A DNA stretch of 64,000 nt from Camelus dromedarius (lineage: Eukaryota), in the NCBI RefSeq assembly GCF_036321535.1, contig NC_087444.1:79670001-79734000 (forward strand), given 5' to 3'. Positions 1-27,142 of this stretch are shown here, one piece after another. The stretch's first letter is position 1. The number at the start of each line of letters is the position of its first letter. The notes beneath the pieces were generated by a model. The model saw nothing but the letters and a program-made list of their open reading frames with translations, ran no database searches and was not told the origin of the DNA. A program made the position numbers and the translations under genes.

Positions 1-590
1 TTGAAAAGGAAATAGAAAAAAAGATTAAGAAAAACGAACAGAATATCCAATAACTATGGGACAACAAAAAGGTCTAACATACATGTATGGAAACATCACA
101 AGGAGAAAGAGAAAAAGAAACAGAAGAAATATTTGAAACAATGATGGAGAATGTTCATGAAATTAACATCAGGCACCAACCCACAGCTCCAGGAAACTCA
201 GAAAACACAAAGCATGCTGAATCCCCAAAAAACTATACCTACGTATATCACATTCAAATGCAGAAAAAAAAATCCTGAGAGAAGCCCAATGAATAAACAC
301 CTTACCTATAGAAGAGCGATAAAAAGAATTTCATTTGAGTTCTTCTCACAACTCATGCAAACAAGAGAATGGAGTGAAGCATTTAAAGTGCTGGAGTTGG
401 GGTGGAGGGGGCATGTTGAAAACCATACTACCCTAGAATTGGGTATCCAGCAAAATTACCCTTCAAAAGTGATACTGAAATAAAGGCTTTCTTAGACACA
501 TGAAAATTGTGGGAATTAATTAAAAGAAGTTCTTCAGAGAAACAGAAAATGATATAGATCAGAAATTTGGGTTCCACATAAATAGAACAG
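1..590 (+). mobile_element. Old L1 (LINE-1) ORF1-region fragment
   Basis: GAAAAAAAGATTAAGAAAAACGAACAG...AGAAGAAATATTTGAA resembles L1 ORF1, degenerate. Confidence 0.7.
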
Positions 591-594
591 AGAA

Positions 595-1790
595 TGAAAA
601 TATTTCAATGACATGTAACTGACACGTAACACTGTATTTGTTAAAGTGTACAATATGCTTTGATGTATGTATACATTGTACAATGATAACCACAGTAAGT
701 TAACATCATAATTACAATTTTTTTCTTGTGATGAGAACTTTAAAGATCTACTGTCTCAGCAACTTTCAAATATACAATACACTATTATTAACTACAGTCA
801 CTGTGCTGTGCATTACAACCCCATCGTACAACTGAAAGTTTGTAGCTTCTGACACCATCTGCACATTTCTTTCACACACTCACCATCACCTGCTTTGGCA
901 ATTACTAATCTGTTCTCTATATCTGAGTTTGCTGTGTGTTTGTTGTTGTTGTTTTTTTAAAGAGTCCACATGTAAGTGTAATCCCATAGTACATCTGACA
1001 CTTGAACAACATGGGCTAGAATTGCATGGGTCCAATTATACATGGATATTTTTCATCACATACACACAGCATTACATGATGTGTGCGTGGATGAATCCAC
1101 AAATGCAAAGCCTCAGCATCAGAGGGCTGACTGTGGGACTTCAGCATCTGCAGATTTCAGTGTTCAGGGGCTCATGAAACCAGTCCTCTGTTGAAACTGA
1201 GGGATAACTGTATTTGTCTTTCTCTGTCAGACTTATTTCACTTCACATAATGCCCTCAAGGTCCATCTATTGTTGCAAATGGCAGGATTTCCTTCCTTTT
1301 TTTATGGCTGAATATTGAAAAATACTCCGTATGTAGCACATTTTTGTTATCCATTTATCCATCAATGGACTCTTACATTGTCTCCATGTCTTGAATACTG
1401 TAAATAATCCTGCAATAAACATGAGGTAAAGATATCTTTTTGAGATGATGATTTCATTCCCTTTGGACTGGATAAATAAATACAAAGAGGTAGAACTGCT
1501 GGATCATGTTATTCCTTTTTTAGTTTATCTAAGATTCTCCATACTGTTTCCCATAGTGGTTGCAACAATTTACATCAACACTGCACAAGAGATCCCTTTT
1601 CCCTACATCTTCACCAACACTTACTTCTTGTCTTTTTGATAACAGACATAATAGGTGTCAGGTGATATCCCACTGTGGTTTTGATTCGCATTTCCCTGAC
1701 CATTAGTGATACTGAGCACCTTTTCACATAGCTGTCTGCCTTTGCATGTCTTCTTTCAAAAAAAATCTGTTCAGATCTAACAGATGACAG
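595..1790 (-). mobile_element. L1 3'-end fragment interrupted by a Tigger-type MITE
   Basis: Reverse-complement L1 ORF2-end/3'UTR motifs (ttatccatttatccatcaatggac...). Confidence 0.75.
992..1210. mobile_element. TcMar-Tigger-type MITE (Tigger2-like)
   Basis: Starts CATCTGACACTTGAACAAC, ends GAGGGATAACTG, flanked by TA on both sides. Confidence 0.65.
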
Positions 1791-1809
1791 TTTGTGGAAA
1801 AGAACAATG

Positions 1810-4800
1810 GCAAAAAGGTACTCCATTACATATTTTTATATACCCACACTTAACATATGCCTAGGTAAAAGTAAAATGCATGACAGCAACAATACAACGG
1901 GGAAAAGAAAGCAACTAGGATTTCTGTTTAAGTTACAACATATCCAAACTACTCATGAAGCCATATAATGTTACTTGAAAGTGGACTTCAATTAGTTGTT
2001 AATATATATTGGAAACTCTAGGGCAACTACATGAAAAAATGAAAAGAAAGAAGTATAGCTGATAGGCTAACAAAGGACAGAAAATGCAATCACTAAATGC
2101 TGGACTGAAACCACCAAAATAAGAGTGTAAGAATAAAAGAGAAAAAAGGAACAAGGAAAATGAATAGAAAATGATGACAAATACGTTAGATATTTATACA
2201 ACTATACCATTAATTAAAAGTAGTCTAAATATACCAATTAAAAGAGAAATGATCAGAGTGGGTCAAAACACAGGACTTTAGTCCTCCAAGAAACCTACTT
2301 TAAACACAAAGATGCATATAGATTAAAAGTAAACGAATACTGCAGCAAAAACCATCTTAAGACAGAAGTTGATATCTATACAGGCCTTCCTGAAATAACA
2401 AGAATCTCAAATAAACAACCTAACCTACCATTGGAAAAAAAATCACAAAAGGAAGAACAAACAAAACCTGAAGTCAAATCTCAATATTCATAGCAGCACT
2501 TTTTNNNNNNNNNNNNNNNNNNNNNNNNNNNNNNNNNNNNNNNNNNNNNNNNNNNNNNNNNNNNNNNNNNNNNNNNNNNNNNNNNNNNNNNNNNNNNNNN
2601 NNNNNNNNNNNNNNNNNNNNNNNNNNNNNNNNNNNNNNNNNNNNNNNNNNNNNNNNNNNNNNNNNNNNNNAGTCAGTCAGAGAAAGACAAATGTCATATA
2701 ATATTACTTATGTGTGGAATCTAAAAAAAATGACAGGAATGTATTCACAAAAGAGGAAGAGACTCACAGATATAGAAAACAAACTTACAGTACTGGGGTG
2801 GGCAAAGAAGGATAAATTGGGAGTTTTGGATTGGCAGATATAAACTATGTACAGAATAGATAAATAACAAGGTCCTACAGTATAGCACAGGGAACTATAT
2901 TCAATAGCTTGTAGTAACTTTTGGCGGGGGAGAGGCAAGGTAGTTAGGTATAATTATTTTTAACAGAAAACTAGGGATTGAACCCAGGACCTTGTCCATG
3001 AGCTATACCCTCCCCCTGGCTGGTAATAACTTGTAATGAAAATGAATGTATGTCTGTGTCTGTGTATATACGTATATGTATACATATATATACACACACA
3101 CGTACACATATATACATACAGCTGAACCATTAAGCTGTATAACAGGAACTACTAATACAACATTGTAAACCAACTATACTTCAATTTTTTTAAAAATGGG
3201 GGGAAAAAACTCAGTAAAAAAATAACAACCCAATTTAAAAATGGGCCAAAGACCTTAACAGACACCTCATTAAAAGAGAATATACAGATGACACTATAGC
3301 ATATACAAAGATGCAAGGAAATGCAAATTAAACTCAAAAGGAGATACAATCACATACTTATAAGAATAGCCAAATTTCAAAAACTGACAACATGAAATGC
3401 TGGTAAGGATATGGAACAAGAGGAATTTCATCCATTGCTTGGTGGAATGCAAAACTGTACACCCCATTTTGAAAGACACTTTGGTAGTTTCCTACAAAAC
3501 TAAACACATTCTTATATCATCCAGTAATTATACTCCTTGGTATTTACACATAAGAGTTGAAAACTTACATCTACACAAAAATTTTCACAGGTGTTTAGAG
3601 CAGTTTTATTCCTGGCTGTCAAAACCTGGAGGTAATCAAGAAGTCCTTCAGTAGATGAATGGAGAAACATGATACATCCAGATAACGGGAACATTATTCA
3701 GAACTAAATGCGAAAGAGCTATCAGGTCATGAAAACATCACGCAGAAAACTTAAATTCATGCTACTAAGTGAAAGAAGTCAAAATGAAAAGGCTCATACT
3801 GTATGATGCTAACTATATGACATATTAGAAAAGGGAAACTAAGGAGTCTAAAAAAATCAGTGGTTACCAAGGAGTACAGGGGAGGAAAGGATGACGAGAT
3901 GGAGCATGAAGGATTCTCAGTGCACTGAAAAATTCTATATAATACTATAATGGTGAACATGTCATCCTACATTTATCAAACCCCAAAGATGAACACCACC
4001 AATAGTGAACACTAATGCAAACTTCAGCTTTTGAGTGATAATGAAATGTCAGTGTAGATTTATCAATTTGAACACTCCAGTGGAACACTTGATTCAATGC
4101 AATCCCTATCAATATTCCAAAAATCTTTGAAATTGAAAACCTCATCCTAAAATTCATATAGACTCTAAAGGGATTCCATAGAGACAACACAATTGTGAAA
4201 AAGAACAAAGTTGTAGGACTCATGCCACCTGATTTCAAAATTTATCAAAAAGCTACAGTAATCAAAATAGCACGCCAGTGGCATAAAGATGGATATATAC
4301 TCCAATGGAAAAGGACAGAGAACAGACTCTAAAAATGAACCCTCACACACATCATCAAATAGTTTCTGAAAAGAGGACCATTACCATTCACTAAGGACAG
4401 TCTTTTCAACAAAGGGTACAGGGAAAACTGGATATCCACATGTACAACACTGAAGTTGAACCAACCTTACCTAACACTATATACAAAAATTCATTCAAAA
4501 TGTACCAAAGGCCTAAACATAAGCGCCAAAATGATAAAATTCTTAGAAAAAAACAAAAGAGAAAAACTTCAAAATGCTGGATCCACTTATGATTTCTTGA
4601 CGACAATAACAAAGGCAGAAAAACAGAAGAAAACATTGACACACTGGACCTCATAAAAATGATCAATTTTTGGTGCATACCTTTAACTAACACAACATTA
4701 TTTGTCAAATTATACATCAAGAAAGATGGAGGAAGAAAGAAAAACACTGAACAACTTTTGTACATCAAAGGACTCTGAACATAAGGGAAAAGGCAACCAC

Positions 4801-4960
4801 AGAATGGGAGAAAATATTTTAAAATCATGTATACAACAAGGGATTAATATCCAGAATATATAAATAAAACCTATAACACAACAACCAGAAACACAAAGTA
4901 ATTAAAAAATGAAAAAGGACTTGACTAGGTGTTTTCCTAAAGATACACAAATGGCACAAC
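1810..4960 (+). mobile_element. Stacked L1 fragments (ORF2 5' region, a young 3' end, older 3' ends and ORF2), antisense to gene A
   Basis: L1 motifs such as gtggaatctaaaaaa, ttcaacaaatggtgc-like, and A-rich composition. Confidence 0.75.
2925..3016 (-). mobile_element. Vic-1-like tRNA-derived SINE (internally deleted)
   Basis: Reverse complement GGGGAGGGTATAGCTCA...GTCCTGGGTTCAATCCC. Confidence 0.65.
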
Positions 4961-5394
4961 TTTAGGGGAAAATCATAAAATGGTAAAGATATACTACTTC
5001 ACAGAAGTAGAAGAACTGAAACCTTGGAAAAGGGTCTTGCAAGAACAGCTTATGGTCTGTTTTAGTAATGACCATATCACTGCCTACAGTCTGTTGCACA
5101 ATCAGGCACAAATCAATGTCAGATAAAGGAATGGAGCAAAACTTAAGTACCATGGAAATGGACAGTCAACTGACCAAAGAGAGGACAAGAAAGGAAGGAT
5201 TTATCAGGCTGAGCGCAAGACTACTGACCCTCAATCATTGCGTGCAAGATGCTGGGTCTACAGAGCAGGGATTCACTCAACATAGCCACTGTAAACAGAG
5301 CACATCCCCAAGGGACTGAAGTAGGAAGTAGCAGCCATGGTCTAGATGTGAAAAGGATAGAGCTGTCCAAGGGGAAAAGAAGAAAGGCAGTTCA

Positions 5395-6696
<1,302 letters not shown>

Positions 6697-7527
6697 CCGA
6701 GCCTCTGCGCGGAGCAGAGTGGCCGCAGCCGAGTGACCGGGTCGGCTCGGCACCGACACTCCTCGCAGGCGGCGGTGTCCTCCACCCTCACACCAGCCCC
6801 CGTGTTGCGCTGACAGAACCTTCTCCTGCGCCTTCTAGCCCGTCACCTCCCTCCCTTCACGGGAGACGCAACTTCCTGACCAACCTAACGGACCCCACAG
6901 CAATCAAAATGTCGGCTACGAGCACGCCGGAAGTGCCGCTCCAAGAGGTTTGCCCCTCCGGAGATGTCCCCTTTCTGGATTTTCATTGGATAACGTCATT
7001 GACCTTTAGCGAACGACATTCTGGGTAATGTAGTGGTAAGGACTCAGCGAATAGCGCTTCGCACGGAAATCACCCAGCTGTATGCCAAGCATTACCGCGA
7101 GGGGCGCTGGGAAATGGGCTCTAGGGAGAGGGAGGGGCTCCATCCTTTTTAACCCGACGGGACAACCAGGGGGAAGAGGAGATAAGAGAATTGAAGTCTT
7201 TGGTGCTATTAGTCCCTGAAGCGTTTGGACAATCTCTCAGGCTCCGTGAAGTCTTCGCAAGTTAACATCCACTGGAAACTGAAAGCAAATACACATTTTT
7301 CTATTGCTCTTGAGATGCATCCAGCCTGAAGTGTGAAAGTCATTTTGAAAGCTTTGGTCAGGAACAGGAAAAAAGGCAGGCAGGACTGTGACTGGGAATA
7401 TGGAGAGGAGATAATGGGCAGCCCTGAAGCAGATGGACAAAGGGGAAAGCACTGTTTCTGGTCCCACCGAAGAGGCTCTCCTGCCTGTATAGTCAGTGAT
7501 AGTGCCCAACTCAGGGAGAAACGCTGG

Positions 7528-7991
7528 TGTACGTATGAACAGGCCACCCACGAAGGCGGTTCTCTTGCTCTTTGCACCTCCCCTGCTCCACCACTTCCTC
7601 CTTCACCTACACCCGACTCATCTGACGCACCTTCCCTCTTAATCAGAGAGCCTAATCAGTAAATAAATGCCTAGTACTTCATCCCAGCCCCGGCTAGTTA
7701 TTTTTGTTAATCTTTAGATCAGAAAGTCTTCATTTTGATATTTTATCAGAGGGCGAGCTGAAAGTTGATGAGCCAACCTGACCCCAATTCCCTCTAAAGC
7801 TTGTAACCTTTCTCTCCCTCAAATACGGAAGACTACTGTCACATGCTGCCTGCTGTCTGTGGGCCACAATGTGGTGTCCCTCCAGGACCTCCCTTTGGAT
7901 AAGTAAAATCCCTTCCCTATTAAACCAATGGTGTCTCTGTCGCCATCTCTGGGCTGTTTCTTAACTCTTGAAACTGGGCCATTACTCAACA
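7528..7991 (+). mobile_element. ERV1-type LTR between the A and B promoters
   Basis: TG...CA ends, ATTAAA signal near the 3' end, homologous to 29400-29713. Confidence 0.6.
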
Positions 7992-8640
7992 ACTGATCTA
8001 TCCTTAAACATTAAGTTGTTTTGTACTTGGAATATAAAACTGTTTTACACATGTACGTTTGTTCTTCAATATACACTGCAACGTTGAATGAATAAAATAT
8101 CTGAATGACTATTGTTAATAAAGGCGCACTTTAGTGATCAGTAGCACCAAAGGCTCTCAAAGCAAAATGCAACCTCCCTCTGCCACGGTTCTCCATGAAT
8201 CCCTCCCCCTCCTTAGAAGTCATTTCCCAGTGCCTCCGCGGTGCTCCTTGGCTCTTTTCTGGATGATTCCAGTGTGGGGCGCCCTTCCCTGAGACCTTAG
8301 CACTACATTACCCAGAAGATTGTGCGCCAAGGGGCAGCGACGTTAGTCCAATGAAAACCCAGAAAGGAGGCGTTTCCGGGTCAGCGAACATTTCGGGGAG
8401 GGACTTCCGGCGTCTACTTGGCGGCCATTTTGGTTGCTGTGGAGTCTGTTGGCCACGTGAGAAGGTCGCGTGTCCCTTGAGGGGAGCGAGGTGACGGGCT
8501 GGAAGGCGCAGGAGGAGGTTGTGTGCGCGCTGCACGGGGGCGGGTGTGAGGGTCGGGGACACCGCTGCCTGCGAGGAGTGTCGGTGCCGAGCCGACCCGG
8601 TCACTCGTCTGCGGCCACTCTGCTCCGCGCAGAGGCTCGG

Positions 8641-20215
<11,575 letters not shown>

Positions 20216-20384
20216 GTGCAAGGAATGTGATGTCTTTTATCCAAAAGAGCCATTTGCTTTGACATAACAAAGTTCACAATGGAAAAAGGGCCTTACGAAT
20301 GCAGTAGATGAGAACCACACTGGGAGTGTAGGAGTTTGAGGTGATAAGAGGTTGGGAGGATGCATCTGCATTAGGCCTGCAGCC

Positions 20385-20490
20385 AAGAGACCATTTCTAG
20401 GGAGGAAACTGAGGCCCAAGGAGGGTGTGTCATCTTGTAAGCTCCCAGCTTGGACAGGGATTTAGGATTCAGTGCCAGGCTGCCTGGTTC
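20385..20490 (+). mobile_element. MIR SINE in the gene B 3' region
   Basis: GAGGAAACTGAGGCCCA...GGATTTAGGATTC core, paralogous to 37475-37580. Confidence 0.65.
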
Positions 20491-20504
20491 AGGGCATGTA
20501 AAAC

Positions 20505-23080
20505 AGTAAGATTAAACCATTACCTCATAACATATACAAAAATAAACTCAAAATGAGTTAAAGAAATATGTAAGACCTGAAACCAGAAAATGCCTAGAAG
20601 ACAATATAGGTAGAACACTCTTTGACATAAATTGTAGCAGTATTTTGGGGGGATCTGTTTCCTAACACAGAATAAATAAAAGCAAAAATAAACAAATGGT
20701 GGGACCTGATTAAATTTAAAACCTTTTAGACAGCAAAGAAAACCATTGACAAAATGAAAAGACAACCTTTGGAATGAAAAAATATTTGGAAGTAATATGA
20801 CTAACAAGTGGTTAATATCCTAAATATATGAACAGCTCATGCTACTCAATATATAAAAAACCCAAACAATCCGACCAGAAAATAGAAGTACTGAATAACC
20901 ATTATTCCAGAGAAGCCATATAGCTGGCTCACGGGCATATGAAAAGATGGTCAACAATGCTAATTATTAGAGAAATGCAATCCGAGTAACCCAGAGATAT
21001 CTCCTGCCAACTGTAAGAATGGCAGTCNNNNNNNNNNNNNNNNNNNNNNNNNNNNNNNNNNNNNNNNNNNNNNNNNNNNNNNNNNNNNNNNNNNNNNNNN
21101 NNNNNNNNNNNNNNNNNNNNNNNNNNNNNNNNNNNNNNNNNNNNNNNNNNNNNNNNNNATTAGAACTAACTATGATCCAGCAATTCCACCCCTGGATACT
21201 TATCTAGAAAATAGGAAAATACAAATCCAAGATCTATGCACCCTGAAGTTCACAGCAGCCCTGTTTACAGTGGTTATGATATGAGGACAAACCAAATGCC
21301 CGTCAGCATACGAGTGGATAAAGGAGATGTGAGGCATATACACACGGACGTGACTCAGCTGTAGGAAGGATGAAATTCTGCCACTTGCAGCAACTTCCAT
21401 AAAACTGGGGAATATTATACCTCGTGAAATAATGTCACACAGAAACAAATACTCTGTGATAACACTTATATTTGGAATCCAGATATACTAAGAATGAACA
21501 TATATGCAAAATAGAAAAAAAAGCTTGCAGTTACAGAAAACAAACTAGTGGTTACCAGAGGGAAGAGGGGGGTGAGGTCAAATGGGGACATGGAATTAAA
21601 GAGACTTTCTTAAATATTCACTTTTGAATGTATTTCTACTAATATATATCCATGCGAAATACCTACAAAATACCTTAAAATTTTACCCATAAGTATGTTT
21701 TTCATAAAATTATACTAATATTATGAAATTAATAAGTATGTTATGTAAGTGGGAAGGATTTGACCAAAGAAAAGAAATTGAATGGAAAGGAATTTAAGTA
21801 AGCATCGTATCATTTTCATTTTGGAGAATAAACCCAACTCCATCTGGATTTGATTTAAAATATAAGTATATTCTATCTATGTATATCCTATGGAATGGGA
21901 GAAAAAACTGCAAACAAGGTGACAAGGATGTAATTACAAACATTTTGATACAGCTCATAGAACTCTATAACAAAGAAATAACCCAATAAAACAATGGGCA
22001 GGAAACCGAAATAGATATTACTCCAGAGAAGACATACTGATGGCCAACAGGCAGATGAAAACGTTTAATGTCTCTAGTTATCAGAGAAATGTAAATCAAA
22101 CAACAATGAGGTGTCACCTCAGACCAGACAGAATGGCCACCCTTAAAAAGTCCACAAATGATAAATACTGGAGAGCGTATGGAGAAAAGGGAACCTTCCT
22201 ACACTGTTGGTTGGAGTGTAATTTGGTGCAGCCACTATGGAAAACAGTATACAGATCCCTTAAAAAGTAAAAATAGAGTTAGCATATCCAGCAATCCCAT
22301 TCCTGAGCATATATCCAGAGAAAATAATTGGAAAAGATACATGGACCCTAATTTTCATAGAAGTACTGTTCACACTAGCCAAGACACGGATGTATCCTAA
22401 TTTTTCTTTGACAGATAAATGGATGAAGTCAGAGTGTATATATACAATGGAATACTACTTAGCCATAAGAAAGAACAATATAATGCCATTAGCAATGTGG
22501 ATGGACCAAGAGATCACCATACTAAGTGAAGTAGATCCAACAAAGACACATATATCACTTCTATGTGGAATCTAAAAAAAGAAAATGATACAAATGAACA
22601 TATTTACAAAACAGAAACAGACTCTCAGACATAGAGAACAAACTTATGGTTACCAAAAGGGAAAGTAGGATGAGGGATAAATAAGGAGTTTAGAGTTAAC
22701 AGATACCCACTACTATACATAAAATAGATAAACAAGGTCCTGCTGTGTAGATCAGGGAACCATATTCGGTATCTTGTAATAACCTATAATGAAAAAGAAT
22801 ATTAAAAAGTAATGTATATATGTGTAGCTAAATCACCATGCTGTACACCGGCAACTAACAAAACAGTGTAAACTATATTTTGATACAAAAAAATCCTGTG
22901 TGGCACACAAGACTGCTCTGTTTTGAAGGAGACCTGTGTGTGGGCACTGTGTACATCAGATAAAAGCATCTTCAAACATAGATGAAAATGCAGAAATGCA
23001 AGCTAAAGTAATAAAATGTGAGATTGAACAACATTGGAAGGATCCATATTTACTTCAAGGAAGTTTCTTCCAGAAATACA
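20505..23080 (+). mobile_element. L1 3'-end fragments (several)
   Basis: ORF2-end and 3'UTR motifs. Confidence 0.75.
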
Positions 23081-23302
23081 TGTGTAGTTAAGCAGTGGTC
23101 GGTGAAATAAATGTGGATTATTTTCAACTGGATTAAAAATGAAACGACTATACCAGCCACCACTATACTGACTTGCTAATTTTCTGCTATGGTCATTTCA
23201 TGGGGAAGGAAGAATAGCTGAGATGTCAGTAATGCGTTTGAAAATGATACATGTTCATAGTTGCAATCTGAAATGATTGTTCACTCAAGAAACATAATGT
23301 GA

Positions 23303-23430
23303 GGGAGGGTATAGTTCAAGTGGTAGAGTGTGTGCTTAGCTGGTCTAGAGATCCTGGGTTCAATCCTTAGTATTTCCTCTAGAAATAAGTAAATAATCCC
23401 CCCCCCTACACAAAAGAAATAAATATTTTT
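23303..23430 (+). mobile_element. Vic-1-like SINE
   Basis: GGGAGGGTATAGTTCAAGTGGTAGAGTGTGTGCTTAGC...CCTGGGTTCAATCC followed by a tail. Confidence 0.75.
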
Positions 23431-26400
23431 TTAAACACTATAGAACCACAGTAAGCATTATTGGAATTAATAACAAGGTTTATGCTGCACATACATGTTA
23501 GACAAAATAATTAGAAATCAACAGATTTTTATATCTATAAGCTTGCTTTTAAATTATAAAGGAGATTATCTTAAGTAAAGGTAATTAAAATTTTGCCCAG
23601 AAACACTAAAATCAAATAATTGTATAATGTGACAAAAGCAGTAATTCTAATAGCCTCCAGTTTTTGTCTTCAAGGCATTTACTTTAAAATTTACAGAAAA
23701 GAATTTCTTTTTCATTGTATATCAGTAGTTACCATTGCCTTATCAATTGTTTCTGTGCTGTAGAGGGAGAGGGCAGGGAGCATCGTTTCGGGAGAAGAAA
23801 CCAGCTCTTCACACACATGGAAGTCATCCAGTGGAAACTGCAAGGCTGGGCAGGGGAAGCGTTGATGCCAGTATCCTGTGTGGTCCATAGATGTGAAATG
23901 TCATGTGTAACAAGAACAGATCATAGAACTAGCACAATGAGTGAGAATAAGAGCAAGGGAAAGGGTAAAAACTAGGAGTCTTTGAAAAGAAATCATAATA
24001 TGAATTTAAATTAGAAAACATGGGCCAAAGACATGGTGTGAGAATTAAGAGTTCCTTAAGCCACAGAGACCACTTTGCTGTGGTTGAACTGCAGCCCTTG
24101 AGAACTGAGGTAATTCTCGGGTATAGATGGGTCATAATTTCCCCTGATCACAGCGGTTCTGTGATTTAATTAAGTGTCCCTGCTGTCAAAGATAGGTAGA
24201 TGAACTTGCTTGTCAATGAGAGTCTCTGGTCAGAACAGTTTTGAATCATAACTTGGGCTGAGAACCTTCTTAGTATACAAACCAAGTTTTGATTCAAAAC
24301 ACTATTGACCAAAACAACAACAAGAACCCACTATTGACCAGAAACCCTGGGATCAATGTCCAGGACCTCCATTAAAATAAAAAATTTTAAACCCTAATTA
24401 ACTCGCCCTCCCAAAAGATATTTTTTTTTTTTTAAAAAAAAAAAACCTTCTTACACAAAATGATGGTGTGGGTGGTGAGACGGGGAGACAGATTCAAGAA
24501 TTTGAAGAATATGTGACAACAGCAAAGCATTTTAAAATGTAATTCACTAACAGGCCGACTTTACATTTGACATTTTTTAAAGTCCCTGAGTATTCCTTTA
24601 TATAATCCTTAGCAATATTTATTTTAATAAAGGATGGAATGCTTATAAATGGGAGAGAAATACTTGTTTCTCTAATTGGCTAATTAATGTAAAGAGCCAC
24701 TGTTCTTGGGAGGGAGGTGGAGACTTCATTACAGACTTCCTCCAGCCCAGCGTCTTTGCCACCGAAAGAAGCACGCATCAGCACCTGACACTCGGTCACA
24801 AGGTGTGCTCGGGGGCTGGGAGGTCACTGTCATCATGTTACTGCTTACCACGTGCTTGTATTGCATGTGAAGTATTGAAGAGTGAGGGCTGCTTGGTTCA
24901 CGATGTGTATTCGGGGTTGTGGGGGAGAGAAAATTACAGAGAAGGAATAACCAGGAACAAAAAGGAAAGATACTGAACAGTACCCAGGCTGGTGGACGGG
25001 AGTGATTTTTCTCAGCAAACATCTTTCCTTAAATACATGAGATTTGTGAACACTCTTGAGCCCCAAAGCAGAAATGCTTTACAGATTGATAGTCATTTCT
25101 GGATTTCTTCAGATACAATGCTTCTAAGAACATTGCTTATTGGGAGAGAATTCCCAATTACTTAGTTGATTCTTGCTGTCTGTATGGTGGTCCAGGGGCA
25201 GCAACCTAGCACATTCAGGAGCTGAACCCTGAAAAAAAAAAGGGTTTGGGATTCCATCTCATCTTGGAGTGACAGTGTCTACATGGGGAGTGAAGAATAT
25301 CTGTGAAAGACATTTGTGAATTTTGTACACTACCGAAATCTCTTAAAATAATAAAGAGTTTCGCCACTTGTGGCAAAAGAAAAAAAAAAGCTGGGAAAGA
25401 ATGCCTGGGAAATAGGAAAATAAAAACGGTGTCACAGTGGGTGAGTAGAGGAAATTGTTATCTATTAAGGACAGAATGAAATCAAGCAAATGACCGTTGC
25501 AATCATAGCCATCTTGAAGATTTTGTCTCCAATAGATGAATAGTTGGGTCCTGAATCAATCAGAAAGGAGATAAAAGGGATGAGTAGCATTTGAAAAAGT
25601 ACCTGAAGTGATACAAATGAACAGCACACTCTGCTGTCGTATTTGTTCAGTGTCTCAACATTTATAGCATGAATCTTGTGGGTAAAGCACAGTTTATTAC
25701 ATGGGATATATTCAGGCAGGAAACAAAAGGCAGTCGTTATACACCTATCATTGTTGATGGGTAGAGCACCTAAGTAACTTGATTTCATGGACTACTAGAA
25801 TGAGATGCTCCTTCAAAAAAAAAAAAAAAAAAGTAGGACAGAGCTGAGGAAAAATGGAGGTGTTTAGGATGGGTGAAAGCGTAAATAGGGTATCCAGAAT
25901 CAGACTTATGAAGATGGACAGTTGTGGAAATACTGAAATGTGATCAGAAGAGGACAGCTTTCCTTCCTCTTTCCAATTGTTACGTATTTTCTTATTTATT
26001 GTAGATTGTACCTCTGGTATACTAAGCACTGCCGATGCAGAGAACAGCCATCCTGCTTCTGTTCCTATTCTCAGGATTATCTTTTAATAATGGGCTATGA
26101 TGCAGGATATTTTGAGAGATATGCATTTCATAAATTAATATTACATAACTTCAGTACACTAATCTCAGAAAAGACATTTTGTTTTGCTACAATACTATGT
26201 ACTTCTCGACCAATTATCCAAAGTGTCATATTCATGTCCTTTATATCTGGTTTTCCCAGTCTGGGATCATGTACAGTATAATAAACATCACTGACTTCTC
26301 TCCTCCCTTGAATATCCATTAATCTGGAACAATCTCTCTGATTTCCTCTAAGTTGTTCTCCCTTGCTATTTTTTAAAGATTATATGCCAATTATTTTTTA

Positions 26401-26614
26401 AAATTTCCCCCCAGTTAGTGTACAGTAAGATATCCTTAAAAAAATATTGAGTTTGTCTGCTTTTTTGGTTTGTTTTTGTTCTTGCTATTTTGGTTTTGTC
26501 CACGATAATACAAAAGTGTTTCATTGTCCTGATCAGTGTATGATAGCAGAAAACACATGTCTGTTTTCCCAGTATTGGTGATGTTTCCTTTGATCACTTC
26601 CTTGATCAAAGTGA

Positions 26615-27142
26615 TGTCAACTAAAACTTAACACTTGCCATCTGCCTCTACCAGGATTAAATCACCTTGGCACTTGCCCTCTGCCTCTGAAAGGATTAAA
26701 TCAGGAGCCACTGCAGCTTCTGACCTTCAACACACTCTGAAAGGAGTTCAGGGTGGAGATCAGGAATGAGTCACTCTGTGCTCTGGGAAAAACTCAGAAC
26801 AGACCTTGAGACAGTTAGGTATTTTCAGGGGAAGATTTTAAGAGCCTGAATTCTTGTGTCTTCTCACACCTAGAAAAACACTAAAATCATTAGTGGAACA
26901 ATCTGCTCCTCAGGACAAGCAGTAACCTCCATGGGAATAGCAGCAATCTTCTACAGAAAAGTTGTGCTGGGTTGCTTGTACCCCACTTCACCAGAATAAC
27001 ACATACTCACCTTCCCCTCAAACTCTTTGGAGCTGTTACTTGGAGCTATTCAAAATGCTGTCTCGGAGCTCTAGTCCTCATTTGGCCCCAAATAAAACTT
27101 AACTCACAACTCGAACATTTTGAGATTTTATTTCGGTAGACA
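26615..27142 (+). mobile_element. Solo ERV1-type LTR
   Basis: TGTCAAC...GTAGACA inverted termini, 4-bp TSD GTGA (26611-26614, 27143-27146), AATAAA near the 3' end. Confidence 0.8.

Noticed and set aside
7992-8130. Faint resemblance between the A/B spacer remnant and the D/E spacer (53400-53600, reverse complement)
   Set aside because: Only short AT-rich matches, not distinguishable from chance by eye.
23303-23385. tRNA-like sequences with A/B boxes (also 2925, 11207, 31487, 49039, 57903)
   Set aside because: These are SINE heads with tails and TSDs and degenerate stems, not tRNA genes.
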